Assembly: GCA_964649285.1 (NCBI GenBank) | Contig: CAZYOX010000002.1 | Span: forward strand, 1 to 36,571 | Origin: an uncultured Bryobacterales bacterium | GTDB taxonomy: Bacteria; Acidobacteriota; Terriglobia; Bryobacterales; UBA6623 | Direction: 5' to 3' | DNA: 36,571 nt | In this document: in pieces, positions 25,957-34,850 of the stretch | How the letters are laid out: each line of letters begins with the position of its first letter | Position numbering within the stretch: position 1 is the stretch's first letter | Notes under the pieces: model-generated | The model's database searches: none | What the model saw: the letters and a program-made list of their open reading frames with translations, nothing else | Told to the model about the DNA's origin: nothing | Program-made: the position numbers and the translations under genes

Positions 25957-27428
25957 GCGGGTTGATCCGCGCGGATCCCAATGAGCCCCAACCGATTCGT
26001 CAGTCTCACTGGGTTACCCTCGGCATCCGTCAATTGGCGTGGCGGATCGCTCTCTTGGGTTAGCAGCGAGACCGTGACCAGAGCGACGATGCCGCCTGCC
26101 ATGCCCAGCACGTCCGCCGCCGCCTCGGGAAGCCAAACGAGGGCTAGAACCCAGCAGGTGGCGCCACTATAGAGCGATGCCAGCGCGCCCGTCTTATTGG
26201 CCTTCGGCCACCAAACGGCGGCGATCAACGGCACGACCATTGCCACCAGTTCCAGCGAGAATGCATCCAGCATCAATTCATAGACGGTCCCCGCCCACAG
26301 GGCGATGGCCAGCGATAACACTCCGAGCACCGGCACAGACCAGCGAGCGACCGCCAACCTCTGCTCGTCGCTGATGTCCGGCTTAATCATCGGCGCGATG
26401 TTTTCGGCCATCACCGAGGCTGGAGCGAGCAACGCCGAATCCGCGCTGCTCATAATCGCCGACAACAGCGCGCCCACAAACACGGCCTGCATCAGAGGCG
26501 ACAGCAACCGCAGCGCCAGCTCCGGTACGATGTGCTCCGGATCAGCCAAGCCAGGCATCAGCAATGCTCCGGCAATCCCCAAGAAAACAGGAATGAGGCC
26601 GAACGTGAGATAGCCGACGCCGGCCAGATAACAGGCGTTCTGCGCGACCGCCTCATTGCGGCTCGAAAGAGCGCGCTGCATCAGATCCTGCCCCGTCAGC
26701 GAACCGATGCCAATCACCAACCAGGCGCTCAAGTAATGGCTCCACTCATAGAAGCCGTTCCCCGACGGTAGGAATCGCAACGATGCCGCATCCACGGCCG
26801 CCGTAAGCTTGTCCCACCCGCCGAACTCTCCGACGACCTCCGGGACCATCAGCACCAGGCCAATCAACATCAACACCATCTGTGCGGCATCGGTTAATGC
26901 GACGGCCCACATTCCGCCCGCCGTCGTGTAAGCCAACACAATCGTCGTAGCCAGCACGATGCCCAGCCATTCCGGCATGCCAGTGAGCATGTGCAAGATG
27001 AACCCGAAGGCCACGAGTTGCGCCCCGATCCAACCGACAAATGCCACTAACTGCGTGACGGCCGCGATGACCGTTGCGTGGCGTCCGTACTTGATCTCAA
27101 ACAGGTCGATGATCGTCAGCAAACGCATGCGGCGCAGAATGCGGACGAAGAACATCCCCGCGATGAACAGACACAGGCCTGCCCCAAAAGGATCGGCGAT
27201 CGTCGCGTAGAGGCCCCCCGAATAGGCCGCTCCGGCCGCGCCCATGATCGTCCCGGCGCCCATCCATGTCGCCAACAGCGTCGACGCCGCAAGCGGGAGC
27301 GACAACCCGCGCCCGGCGACGATGAAGTCTGTCTTTGTTTTGGAGCGGCCTGCCGCCAATGCGCCGATCGCCAGCATGGCGACCAGATAAATCCCGACGC
27401 CCGTGAGAATGACGCCTTGCCCCTCCAT
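25953..27428 (-). CDS. Sodium:solute symporter (SSS) family transporter
   Basis: It is a roughly 13-TM hydrophobic protein with a FIVAGRGLSLPL N-terminal motif and the GAGTIMG pattern of SSS transporters. It lies 9 nt downstream of the UbiD-family gene. Confidence 0.8.
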   Translation of the reverse strand: MEGQGVILTGVGIYLVAMLAIGALAAGRSKTKTDFIVAGRGLSLPLAASTLLATWMGAGTIMGAAGAAYSGGLYATIADPFGAGLCLFIAGMFFVRILRRMRLLTIIDLFEIKYGRHATVIAAVTQLVAFVGWIGAQLVAFGFILHMLTGMPEWLGIVLATTIVLAYTTAGGMWAVALTDAAQMVLMLIGLVLMVPEVVGEFGGWDKLTAAVDAASLRFLPSGNGFYEWSHYLSAWLVIGIGSLTGQDLMQRALSSRNEAVAQNACYLAGVGYLTFGLIPVFLGIAGALLMPGLADPEHIVPELALRLLSPLMQAVFVGALLSAIMSSADSALLAPASVMAENIAPMIKPDISDEQRLAVARWSVPVLGVLSLAIALWAGTVYELMLDAFSLELVAMVVPLIAAVWWPKANKTGALASLYSGATCWVLALVWLPEAAADVLGMAGGIVALVTVSLLTQESDPPRQLTDAEGNPVRLTNRLGLIGIRADQPA

Positions 27429-27437
27429 TTCCGGGCG

Positions 27438-28886
27438 CTAGATCCCTAGCTTCTTGCAAATCCCGTCAACGCGCCGCTTCACGTCGGCATCCATCTCCAA
27501 CACGTCCGGCCAGGGCCGCTGGAACCCTTCTTCGGGCCACTTCTTGGTCGCGTCGATGCCCATCTTCGAACCGAAATTCGCCAAGCGGCTCGAGTGGTCC
27601 AGCGAATCGATCGGCCCCATCGTGAATTGGATGTCGCGTTCAGGGTCGATGTTGTTCAGCGCCTTCCAGGCCACTTCGCTGTAGTTCTGCACGTCCACGT
27701 CGTGATCCACCACAACGATGCACTTGGTGAACATCGCCTGCCCCAGGCCCCAAATCGAGTTCATCACTTTGCGCGCCTGGCCCGGATACGACTTGCGTAT
27801 CGAAATCAACATCAAGTTGTGGAAGATGCCTTCCGCCGGCATGGCCATGTCGACGACTTCGGGCAACTGCAAACGCATCAGCGGCAAAAAGACCCGCTCG
27901 ATCGTCTTGCCCATGTAGTAGTCCTCCATCGGCGGCGGCCCGACAATCGTCGTCGCGTAAATCGGATCCTTGCGGTGCGTGATGCAAGTGATGTGGAACA
28001 CCGGGTACTCATCGGCTAACGAATAGAACCCGGTGTGGTCGCCAAACGGTCCTTCCGTGCGCGTCTCTCCCAATTCCACATAGCCCTCAAGAATAATCTC
28101 GGCATTGGCCGGAACGTCGATATCGACCGTCTCGCACTTCACCATCTCGACCGACTTCGAACGCATGAAGCCGGCGAACAGCATCTCATCCAAATCTGGC
28201 GGCAGCGGCAGAATCGCCGAGAACATCGTCGCCGGGTCCGCGCCGATGGCCACGGCCACTTCCATGCGCGTCTCCTTGCCCTCGGCCTTCCTCCGCCGGT
28301 AGTGCTCCGCGCCCTGCTTATGCGTCTGCCAGTGCATGCCGGTGGTTTGCCCGTCATAAACCTGCATGCGATACATGCCGCAATTGCGTTTGCCGTTGAG
28401 CGGGTTCTTCGAGAAGACCAGCGGCAGCGTAATGAACCGACCGGCATCCTGGGGCCAACACTTCAATACGGGGAAATGCGCCAGGTCGAAGTCACTCTTG
28501 CGAACCACTTCTTTGCAGGGACCGGTGGAAACATCCTTGGGGAAGAAGCTGCCGACTTCAGCCAGCTTGGGCAACATCTTCAACTTGCCGATCAGCCCCT
28601 CGGGCTTCTTGAGTTCGATGAGTTCCGCGATGCGCCCGGCGACTTCATCGATATCGTCGACCTGCAAGGCCAGCTTCATCTTGCTCATCGAGGCGAACGC
28701 GTTGATCAGCACAGGGATCTTCGACCCGCGCGGATTCTCGAACAGCAACGCCGGTCCGCCGGCCTTTACCGCACGGTCAGCGATCTCGGTGATCTCCAAC
28801 ACCGGATCGACTTCCTCCTTCACCCTTTTCAACTCGCCGGCTTTCTCCAGCGCACGAATGAACTCTCGCAAATCGGCATAGGCCAT
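27438..28886 (-). CDS. UbiD-family (prenyl-FMN dependent) decarboxylase, menaquinone/ubiquinone biosynthesis type
   Basis: The N-terminus DLREFIRALEKAGELKRVKEEVDPVLEITEIADR..GGPALLFENPRGS is highly typical of UbiD. Length is about 482 aa. Confidence 0.9.
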   Translation of the reverse strand: MAYADLREFIRALEKAGELKRVKEEVDPVLEITEIADRAVKAGGPALLFENPRGSKIPVLINAFASMSKMKLALQVDDIDEVAGRIAELIELKKPEGLIGKLKMLPKLAEVGSFFPKDVSTGPCKEVVRKSDFDLAHFPVLKCWPQDAGRFITLPLVFSKNPLNGKRNCGMYRMQVYDGQTTGMHWQTHKQGAEHYRRRKAEGKETRMEVAVAIGADPATMFSAILPLPPDLDEMLFAGFMRSKSVEMVKCETVDIDVPANAEIILEGYVELGETRTEGPFGDHTGFYSLADEYPVFHITCITHRKDPIYATTIVGPPPMEDYYMGKTIERVFLPLMRLQLPEVVDMAMPAEGIFHNLMLISIRKSYPGQARKVMNSIWGLGQAMFTKCIVVVDHDVDVQNYSEVAWKALNNIDPERDIQFTMGPIDSLDHSSRLANFGSKMGIDATKKWPEEGFQRPWPDVLEMDADVKRRVDGICKKLGI

Positions 28887-28895
28887 AAGCCCCCA

Positions 28896-28923
28896 TTGTA
28901 GAGACCTCAGGGCCGCGTATAAT
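28896..28923 (+). promoter_or_regulatory. Sigma70-like promoter candidate TTGTAG-N16-TATAAT upstream of the ThuA-like gene
   Basis: A perfect TATAAT lies at 28918-28923, and TTGTAG lies at 28896-28901 with a 16-nt spacer. The ATG is at 28940, implying a very short leader. Promoter consensus in this phylum is not well known to me. Confidence 0.35.
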
Positions 28924-28939
28924 AAGTCGCGCCAACGAC

Positions 28940-29887
28940 ATGAGACGATTCACCTTCGCTGCTATCTCCCTGACCTTTTTCTTGGCTGCCTGTCAGTCCC
29001 AATCGACGGCCCAAAACCCGCCTCAGAGGCCTGCGATCAAAGCCCTCATCGTGGACGGCCAAAGCTCCATCTATCACAAGGACTGGGCGGAAAGGACAGC
29101 GGCGATGAAGCAGATGCTTGAGCAAGCCGGCATCTTCACCGTCGACGTCGCCACCAGCCCGGCGATCGGCGAAGACAACAGCCAGTTCCTGCCGAAGTTC
29201 GCCGATTACGACGTGGTAATCGTGAACTACGAGGGCGACTACTGGTCCGATGCCATGCAAAAGGCCTTTGAGGAATACATGTCCGGCGGCGGCGGGCTCG
29301 TCACCGTCCACGCCACCGACAACGCCTTTCCCGACTGGAAGGCTTGGAACGAGATGATTGGCGTAGGCGGCTGGGGCGGGCGCACCGCGGAGAACGGCGG
29401 CGTCATCCGCAGCCGCGGCGAGTCGGACGGGGCCTACTTGCGCTTGCGCGAAGGCAAGTGGATAAGGGATACCACGTACACCGGCCGGGCGGGTTCGCAC
29501 GGCAGCCGCCACCGCTTCAAGATGGAAACGCAAGCTCCCGAACACCCCGTGATGAAAGGTTTGCCTGCCGCTTGGGTGAACGACGCCGAAGATGAGCTAT
29601 ACGATCAGATGCGGGGGCCGGCGGAAAACGTCACCGTTCTCGCCGCCGCGTACTCGGACCCCGCAACGTACTCCGATCCCTCGCGGGCGCCCAAAGAGCA
29701 TGAGCCGATCCTGATGGCTATCTCCTACGGTGAAGGCCGCGTCTTCCATACGACGCTCGGCCATAACGTTGCCGCCATGGGCGCTGCGTTCAAGGGAACC
29801 TTCCAACGCGGCGTCGAGTGGGCCGCCACTGGCGCCGTCACCCAAGAAGTTCCGGCGGACTTCCCGCCTGCCGCAAACACACCTTAA
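28940..29887 (+). CDS. ThuA-domain (trehalose-utilisation-like) lipoprotein
   Basis: It has the lipobox FLAAC after a hydrophobic N-terminus. The ThuA-like pattern is ALIVDGQ..., YDVVIVNYEG, GGGLVTVHAT and TTLGH. Confidence 0.75.
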   Translation: MRRFTFAAISLTFFLAACQSQSTAQNPPQRPAIKALIVDGQSSIYHKDWAERTAAMKQMLEQAGIFTVDVATSPAIGEDNSQFLPKFADYDVVIVNYEGDYWSDAMQKAFEEYMSGGGGLVTVHATDNAFPDWKAWNEMIGVGGWGGRTAENGGVIRSRGESDGAYLRLREGKWIRDTTYTGRAGSHGSRHRFKMETQAPEHPVMKGLPAAWVNDAEDELYDQMRGPAENVTVLAAAYSDPATYSDPSRAPKEHEPILMAISYGEGRVFHTTLGHNVAAMGAAFKGTFQRGVEWAATGAVTQEVPADFPPAANTP

Positions 29888-29898
29888 GTTTTCGCGCC

Positions 29899-30756
29899 GT
29901 GCGCTGGTTCACGCCCAGGCATCAAGAGAGCCTCCGTTCTGACGGTTATGCCGTCTTCCACGGAGTCATTCCTCCCGACCTCGTCGATCGGGCGGCTCGC
30001 GAGATTGCGAGCTTTGTCGGCGCCGACATCGACGACCCTTCCACCTGGTATAGCGATCACCTGATCAATCGCGGAGTCATTCCCGTGCACCATGCTCAGG
30101 TCTTGTGGGACATTCGGCAGCATCCTAATGTTCACGGCGTCTACTCGGAGATCCATGGCACGCACAAGCTCATGGTCGACATCAATCGATGTTGCTTCCA
30201 CCCACCTCGTCATCCGGATTGGCCCGGAGCGGGTCCCGGCGAGATTCACTGGGATATCGACCCAAGAGTTCCGACCGTTGGCTGGATGCAGGGCGTGGTC
30301 TTGCTGAGCGACGTGGAAAGAAACGGCGGCGGGTTTCAGTGCGTGCCGCAGATCTACCGGCGCCTCGACGACTGGCTCGATGAGAACGCGCAGGCCGACG
30401 ATTTCGATTTCTTCAACCCGGGGATTTCCTTCGATGAGGCGATACACGTGGAGGGCAGGGCAGGAGACCTGATCGTTTGGTGTACGCTTTTACCCCATGG
30501 CCCTGCGCCGAATTTCTCCCAGCGCCCGCGCATCGCTCAGTTCCTCTCCATGGGCAGGATCAGCACGAACGCAGAGCTCATGCAACGCGTCGCAAATTGG
30601 TGCATCGAGAAGCGCGCGCCGGACATTTGGCGCGGCTGGCCTTACCAGCACGACCCCGAGCCTGGGCCTCCGGTCCAGCTAACATGCCTCGGCCGCCGGC
30701 TCGTCGGCATGGATCCCTGGCCCGACGACCCCGGAGCCCTTACTGCACGCGGTTGA
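29899..30756 (+). CDS. Phytanoyl-CoA dioxygenase (PhyH) family Fe(II)/2-oxoglutarate oxygenase
   Basis: It has L..DGYAVFHGVIP, an HxD motif (IHWDID), a distal His (LLPHGP) and an Arg (RPRIAQF). The start is taken at GTG 29899, 11 nt after the thuA-like stop. The ORF is open from 29818, overlapping the upstream gene. Confidence 0.75.
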   Translation: MRWFTPRHQESLRSDGYAVFHGVIPPDLVDRAAREIASFVGADIDDPSTWYSDHLINRGVIPVHHAQVLWDIRQHPNVHGVYSEIHGTHKLMVDINRCCFHPPRHPDWPGAGPGEIHWDIDPRVPTVGWMQGVVLLSDVERNGGGFQCVPQIYRRLDDWLDENAQADDFDFFNPGISFDEAIHVEGRAGDLIVWCTLLPHGPAPNFSQRPRIAQFLSMGRISTNAELMQRVANWCIEKRAPDIWRGWPYQHDPEPGPPVQLTCLGRRLVGMDPWPDDPGALTARG

Positions 30757-30761
30757 CCGTT

Positions 30762-30800
30762 GAAGGTCCGAGGGAGCGCTACGTCCCTCGCATACCCTTC
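30762..30800 (+). terminator. Imperfect extended hairpin just after the PhyH-family stop codon (no U-tract)
   Basis: CGAGGGA (30769-30775) pairs with TCCCTCG (30784-30790). An outer GAAGG (30762-30766) pairs with CCTTC (30796-30800). No T-run follows, so it is not a canonical intrinsic terminator. Confidence 0.2.
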
Positions 30801-31146
30801 GCAGACTTCCGGCTTTGACCGATCGCAAACGTCTTCAGGGAGAGCGATTAGGGCAGGGAGTTGTCGCCGGGAGGGCCGCTCGTCTCTTTGTCACTAAACC
30901 GTAACACTCGCATGGGACAATCCTAGCTTCGTAATGCCATTGCGGCGAAGGGGAGATCCTCGCAAAAACCGGCGGCGCGGCATCGTTTCTGGAGTACGTA
31001 GATTTTGAACGAGGCGCAACCGGGAGTCCGAATGCCGGCCGCGGGAGAAGATCCAGAACAAGGTGAGACGGCGGCGAGCGGAGAGGAGGACTCCTGTCAA
31101 GGCAAACACCCAAATGAAGATGTGCTTTTCTTTACGAGGTTAGTGT

Positions 31147-32145
31147 GTGGATCTTTTTGAACTCTCCCTGGGCGTAATCGGCGGTATAGCGCTTTTCCTG
31201 GCCGGAATCGACATGTTGGCCTCCGGGTTCGAATCCCTGGCGGCCAAGCGCGTCAAGAACCTCATCGCCCGCTGCACCAAGACTCCCTTGATGGGCGTGG
31301 GAACGGGAGCGGTCGCATGCACCGTATTGGACTCGTCGTCGGTCACCATCATTATGGTGATCGCCATGATCGAGGGCGGTCTGATGAGCTTCCAGCAGGC
31401 CCTGGGCGTGGTGATGGGCGCCAATATAGGGACGACCGTCGGTAGCCAGATCATTGCATTTGAAATCAGCCGTTATGCGCCGATTGCCATGGCTGCTGGG
31501 CTGTTCCTACGTCTGGCGGGGAAGACCAAGCGGTGGAAGCGGATCGGCCGCGTGATTCTAGGCTTTGGCCTGTTGTTCTTCGGGTTGGAATACTTGGGCG
31601 ACGCCGCAGCGCCGATCAAGAATGACCCTGTGTGGATGGCCTGGCTATCTAGTTTGGGTGAGCAGCCGCTGATGGGCGCCGCGGTGGGCTGCCTATTCAC
31701 ATTGGTGATCCAATCTTCTTCGGCGACGGTGGGGATGGCCATCGCCCTGGCGAGCGAAGGGCTCATCCCGCTTGGCGCGGGCGTGGCGATCATGCTTGGC
31801 GCGGAGATCGGCACCGTCTCGGATACGCTTCTGGCGACCATTGGACGCTCTCGCGAGGCCGTTCGTACGGCGGTGTTCCATCTTTTCTTCAATGTGACGA
31901 CGGTGATTTTAGGCCTGTTGCTCATTGGTCAGCTGGCGGACCTATCGCGGATGTTGACGCCGGGTGGTACGGTGGGCCGGCACATCGCGAACGCACACGT
32001 GATGTTCAACGTTTTAGGAGTGCTGCTGTTCATCGGCATTATCCCGGCCGTGTCGAGGTTCCTGCACTGGCTGATTCCGGCATCCGCCAAGGTTCGGAAG
32101 GAAACGAGCGTGGACGAAGAAGCGACGGCCGTCGTCGCGAGTTGA
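31147..32145 (+). CDS. Na/Pi cotransporter family protein (NptA-like membrane core, no PhoU-like tail)
   Basis: It has GGIALFLAGIDMLASG, TVLDSSSVTIIMVIAM, GANIGTTV and the duplicated QSSSATVGMAIAL..GAEIGT repeat. The start is GTG at 31147, with GAGG 8-9 nt upstream. Confidence 0.85.
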   Translation: MDLFELSLGVIGGIALFLAGIDMLASGFESLAAKRVKNLIARCTKTPLMGVGTGAVACTVLDSSSVTIIMVIAMIEGGLMSFQQALGVVMGANIGTTVGSQIIAFEISRYAPIAMAAGLFLRLAGKTKRWKRIGRVILGFGLLFFGLEYLGDAAAPIKNDPVWMAWLSSLGEQPLMGAAVGCLFTLVIQSSSATVGMAIALASEGLIPLGAGVAIMLGAEIGTVSDTLLATIGRSREAVRTAVFHLFFNVTTVILGLLLIGQLADLSRMLTPGGTVGRHIANAHVMFNVLGVLLFIGIIPAVSRFLHWLIPASAKVRKETSVDEEATAVVAS

Positions 32146-32168
32146 GTCCGGCCTTGTATGGGAGCGGG

Positions 32169-33221
32169 CTACTGCTCGTCGGGCGCCAGGCCAAGTTTGC
32201 GGGCTAGGCGATAGCCCCTCCATTGGTGGAGTTTGTCGACTTGCGCTTGCAGGCGCTGGGCCCACTCGGAGCGCTCGATGACGCGAGCCTCGAGTTCGCT
32301 GATTGCGGCGGCGGCGGCGGCGATTTCGGCATCGCGTGACTGCGCCCAAGAGATTTTCTCGGCCAGGTCGGCTTCCATGCGGCGGATCGCCTCTTGGGCT
32401 TTGTCGTGCTCTTCTTGGTTGGTTTTGGCCAGGGCTTCCAGCTCTGCGGTCGCCTTCGCCAGCCAGTCGTTTTTCGTCTTAAGCTCTTGCTCCAACAAGG
32501 CTACGTGTCGCTCGCGTTCGCGCAGCACATTGCCCGAGCTGGGCACATAAAGAAACGCAGGGGCGCCGAATTGCGGCTGCCCCGAGCAGACGGCCAGGAA
32601 GAAATGCGCGTCCTGCGGATTCGGCGGATCGCCGCCCATCACGGTGCGAACGCCTTGCATCGCGGGGGTGCGAAAGGAAATGGCCTGCGTATGGTTCTCG
32701 AGGAACAAGGTCACATGCGGGAAGACGGCTTCGAGCTCTTGCTTGTACTCGTCATAGTCGAACTCATGCACGTGATAGGGATTCGGCTCGGCCCGCGACT
32801 CCTGGTAGTAGACGCGGTTGGGCGTCGAGACCAGCAACTGGCCGGAGTCGATCAGCACGCGGCGAGCTTCGCGGAGAAAAGCTTTCCAATCGGGGAGATG
32901 CTCGATGACCTCAAAGGCCGTGATGAGATCGAACGAGTCGTCACGAAACGGCAAGGCGGAACAGTCGGCCTGCCCGAAGGAGGCCTTGCCCCCGGCATAC
33001 TCGCGGCGGGCCCAGTCGAGGGTTTCGTAGGAAAAGTCGATGCCGCAAGCGGATTCAGCGCGCTGGGCGAGCAACACCGTGCCGTAGCCGGCGCCGCAGC
33101 CAGCATCGAGAACACGGCGTCCGCTGGCCAGCGTTTCGGCGAAACGATAACGGGCCAGATGTTCGTTGAACAGGTCGGGGTCGGTTTTCCCGGGGATGAC
33201 GCGTTCGCCTGTAAACTCCAT
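32169..33221 (-). CDS. Class I SAM-dependent methyltransferase with a C-terminal coiled-coil
   Basis: The SAM motif is VLDAGCGAGYGT, followed by FDLITAFEVIEHL. The C-terminal ~110 aa are heptad-like (LEQELKTKNDWLAKATAELEAL...). The start is ATG 33221 or GTG 33224, overlapping the upstream TGA. Confidence 0.8.
   Translation of the reverse strand: MEFTGERVIPGKTDPDLFNEHLARYRFAETLASGRRVLDAGCGAGYGTVLLAQRAESACGIDFSYETLDWARREYAGGKASFGQADCSALPFRDDSFDLITAFEVIEHLPDWKAFLREARRVLIDSGQLLVSTPNRVYYQESRAEPNPYHVHEFDYDEYKQELEAVFPHVTLFLENHTQAISFRTPAMQGVRTVMGGDPPNPQDAHFFLAVCSGQPQFGAPAFLYVPSSGNVLRERERHVALLEQELKTKNDWLAKATAELEALAKTNQEEHDKAQEAIRRMEADLAEKISWAQSRDAEIAAAAAAISELEARVIERSEWAQRLQAQVDKLHQWRGYRLARKLGLAPDEQ
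32305..32322. repeat. Perfect trinucleotide repeat (GCG)6 inside the coiled-coil region of the methyltransferase gene
   Basis: Read directly: gcggcggcggcggcggcg at 32305-32322. It encodes the AAAAAA run in ...DAEIAAAAAAISELE... Confidence 0.9.
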
Positions 33222-34582
33222 CACTGCGCTGGCTTACGCGCGATGATCGCATAGTCGAGGCCGCCAAAGAACTTTTGCCGGAAGGCGGCGGTCTGGGGCA
33301 GCTCGTCCAGAGCCCGGAGTTCGGGGATCACTTCGGGCGCAGGGTGACGCTCGATGATCTCGATCTCCATGAAACCCGACTCCCGCAAATGGAAGTGCAT
33401 GCGGGCGAAAGGCACGGGCGCGCGATGGGTGGGATCAAGGTAAAAGTCGCCGGCGAAGATAGCTAAGCACGCTGGGTTGGGCGTCTCGAAGGCGATGACG
33501 CCGCCGGGGCGAAGCTTGCGGTAACAAAGATCAGACAGGTCTTGCAGGCGAAGCGGCGCGAGATGCTCGATGACGTGGGCGCACATGATGCCATCCCAGG
33601 AATCGTCTTGCTGACGAGCAAGAAATTCAAAGATGTCGGCGCGCTCGACGGCGATGTTTTTCTCCCTGCAGGCGGCAAGGGCGGTGGCGTCTAAGTCGAC
33701 GCCCAGGACTTCGGCGCCTCGGTCGCGCAACTCGCCGAGAAACTCGCCGCGGCCGCAGCCGAGGTCGACGACTCGCGGCAGACCGGCGAAGTAGGGAAGG
33801 TAGAACGCCTGGTTGACCGAGACATACTCTTCATCACCGCGGAATCGTTCCTCAAACGAGGCGTAATCGAATGTGGACGCTGACGGCGGAGGGGCCGAGG
33901 CGACGGCGGTGGTCACCGAGGCGGTCTCGACCGGCTCGCCGCCCGAGGCCGCGAACTTGCGGCGAATAGTGCGCAACTCGGTATGAATTTGGCGTTCGTG
34001 TTCGAGTTTCAGGCGCTCGAGATCGCCCCATAACTTTGCTTGAATTTCTTCGGAGGCCCTTCTTAGAGCGATCGTGTACTCTTCGTGGACAGCGACGTCG
34101 CGGCGCCGCGAGGCCGTCTCGACGGTGCGCAGAATCTGCAGCGTGCGCATCTCCATCTTGCTGTGCGCCTCCCGCAGCTCTTCCATCCAGATCTGCGCCT
34201 TGCGGACGTCGGCGATCTCTTGCATCGCTTTACGAGTCGCTTGATAGAGGGTCTCGTTCTGCTCGGCCATGGCGCGCGTGTTGCGATCCATGTAATCAAT
34301 GACGGACTGATTGAACTCGATCTGGCCCCGAACGAACCAGCCTAAGCCACGGGCGATGCCGCGCTTGGTCGCTTGGATGAGGCTGTTGATCAGGCCGCCC
34401 GTGCGGGGATTGACCTGGCCGATGTAGACGGACCGAGCTTCGGCGACGTCACGCGAGGTGATGAGGGGCTCCACTGAGAGCCGTACCGGATCGTCGATCA
34501 CGGCGTCGGCCGCTCTTTTGTGGCGCTGCCGGACCCGGCGGCGGATCTCTTCTACCGCCTCGGCGACTTCTTCCGGGGACAT
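33221..34582 (-). CDS. Class I SAM-dependent methyltransferase with an N-terminal coiled-coil/helical region
   Basis: The C-terminal half carries FDYASFEERFRGDEEYV, VVDLGCGRGEFL and WDGIMCAHVIEHL. The N-terminal ~230 aa are helical and charged. ATG at 34582. Confidence 0.8.
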   Translation of the reverse strand: MSPEEVAEAVEEIRRRVRQRHKRAADAVIDDPVRLSVEPLITSRDVAEARSVYIGQVNPRTGGLINSLIQATKRGIARGLGWFVRGQIEFNQSVIDYMDRNTRAMAEQNETLYQATRKAMQEIADVRKAQIWMEELREAHSKMEMRTLQILRTVETASRRRDVAVHEEYTIALRRASEEIQAKLWGDLERLKLEHERQIHTELRTIRRKFAASGGEPVETASVTTAVASAPPPSASTFDYASFEERFRGDEEYVSVNQAFYLPYFAGLPRVVDLGCGRGEFLGELRDRGAEVLGVDLDATALAACREKNIAVERADIFEFLARQQDDSWDGIMCAHVIEHLAPLRLQDLSDLCYRKLRPGGVIAFETPNPACLAIFAGDFYLDPTHRAPVPFARMHFHLRESGFMEIEIIERHPAPEVIPELRALDELPQTAAFRQKFFGGLDYAIIARKPAQ

Positions 34583-34816
34583 TCCTATAACTTACACTGT
34601 GGCGGGTCGGCTATAAGGCTACAATGCCCAAGGCTGGACTTGTTGCGTAGGGCCGGAGGTTGCGGGCGGACAGCTAACTTCAGGAAAACTAAGCGATTTA
34701 TCCGGCCCGCGGGCGAGTGTGGGACTCCTGCTGAAGGGCTAAGGCGAATTCGGGAGGAGAATCCTAGGAACAGCGGAGAGTATATATCGAGGAGCGTATC
34801 GTTGAATGGGCGTGGA

Positions 34817-34850
34817 GGGACCGTATATTCTACGGTCCCATGTGATTTTT
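34817..34850 (+). terminator. Terminator-like hairpin (9-bp perfect stem, 5-nt loop) followed by a T5 run, inside the 5' leader region of the metzincin gene
   Basis: GGGACCGTA-tattc-TACGGTCCC lies at 34817-34839, then atgtga, then TTTTT at 34846-34850. No upstream plus-strand gene would need termination here. Confidence 0.35.

Noticed and set aside
31094-31099. A CTGTCA hexamer upstream of the Na/Pi cotransporter as a possible Pho box.
   Set aside because: Only a single half-site is present, with no second repeat at an 11-bp phase. The E. coli Pho-box consensus may not apply in this phylum.
31226-31236. A GGTTCGAATCC T-loop-like motif suggesting a tRNA.
   Set aside because: It lies inside the Na/Pi cotransporter CDS. 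The T-stem has a mismatch, and the only possible acceptor-stem partner is about 27 nt upstream, too close for a cloverleaf.
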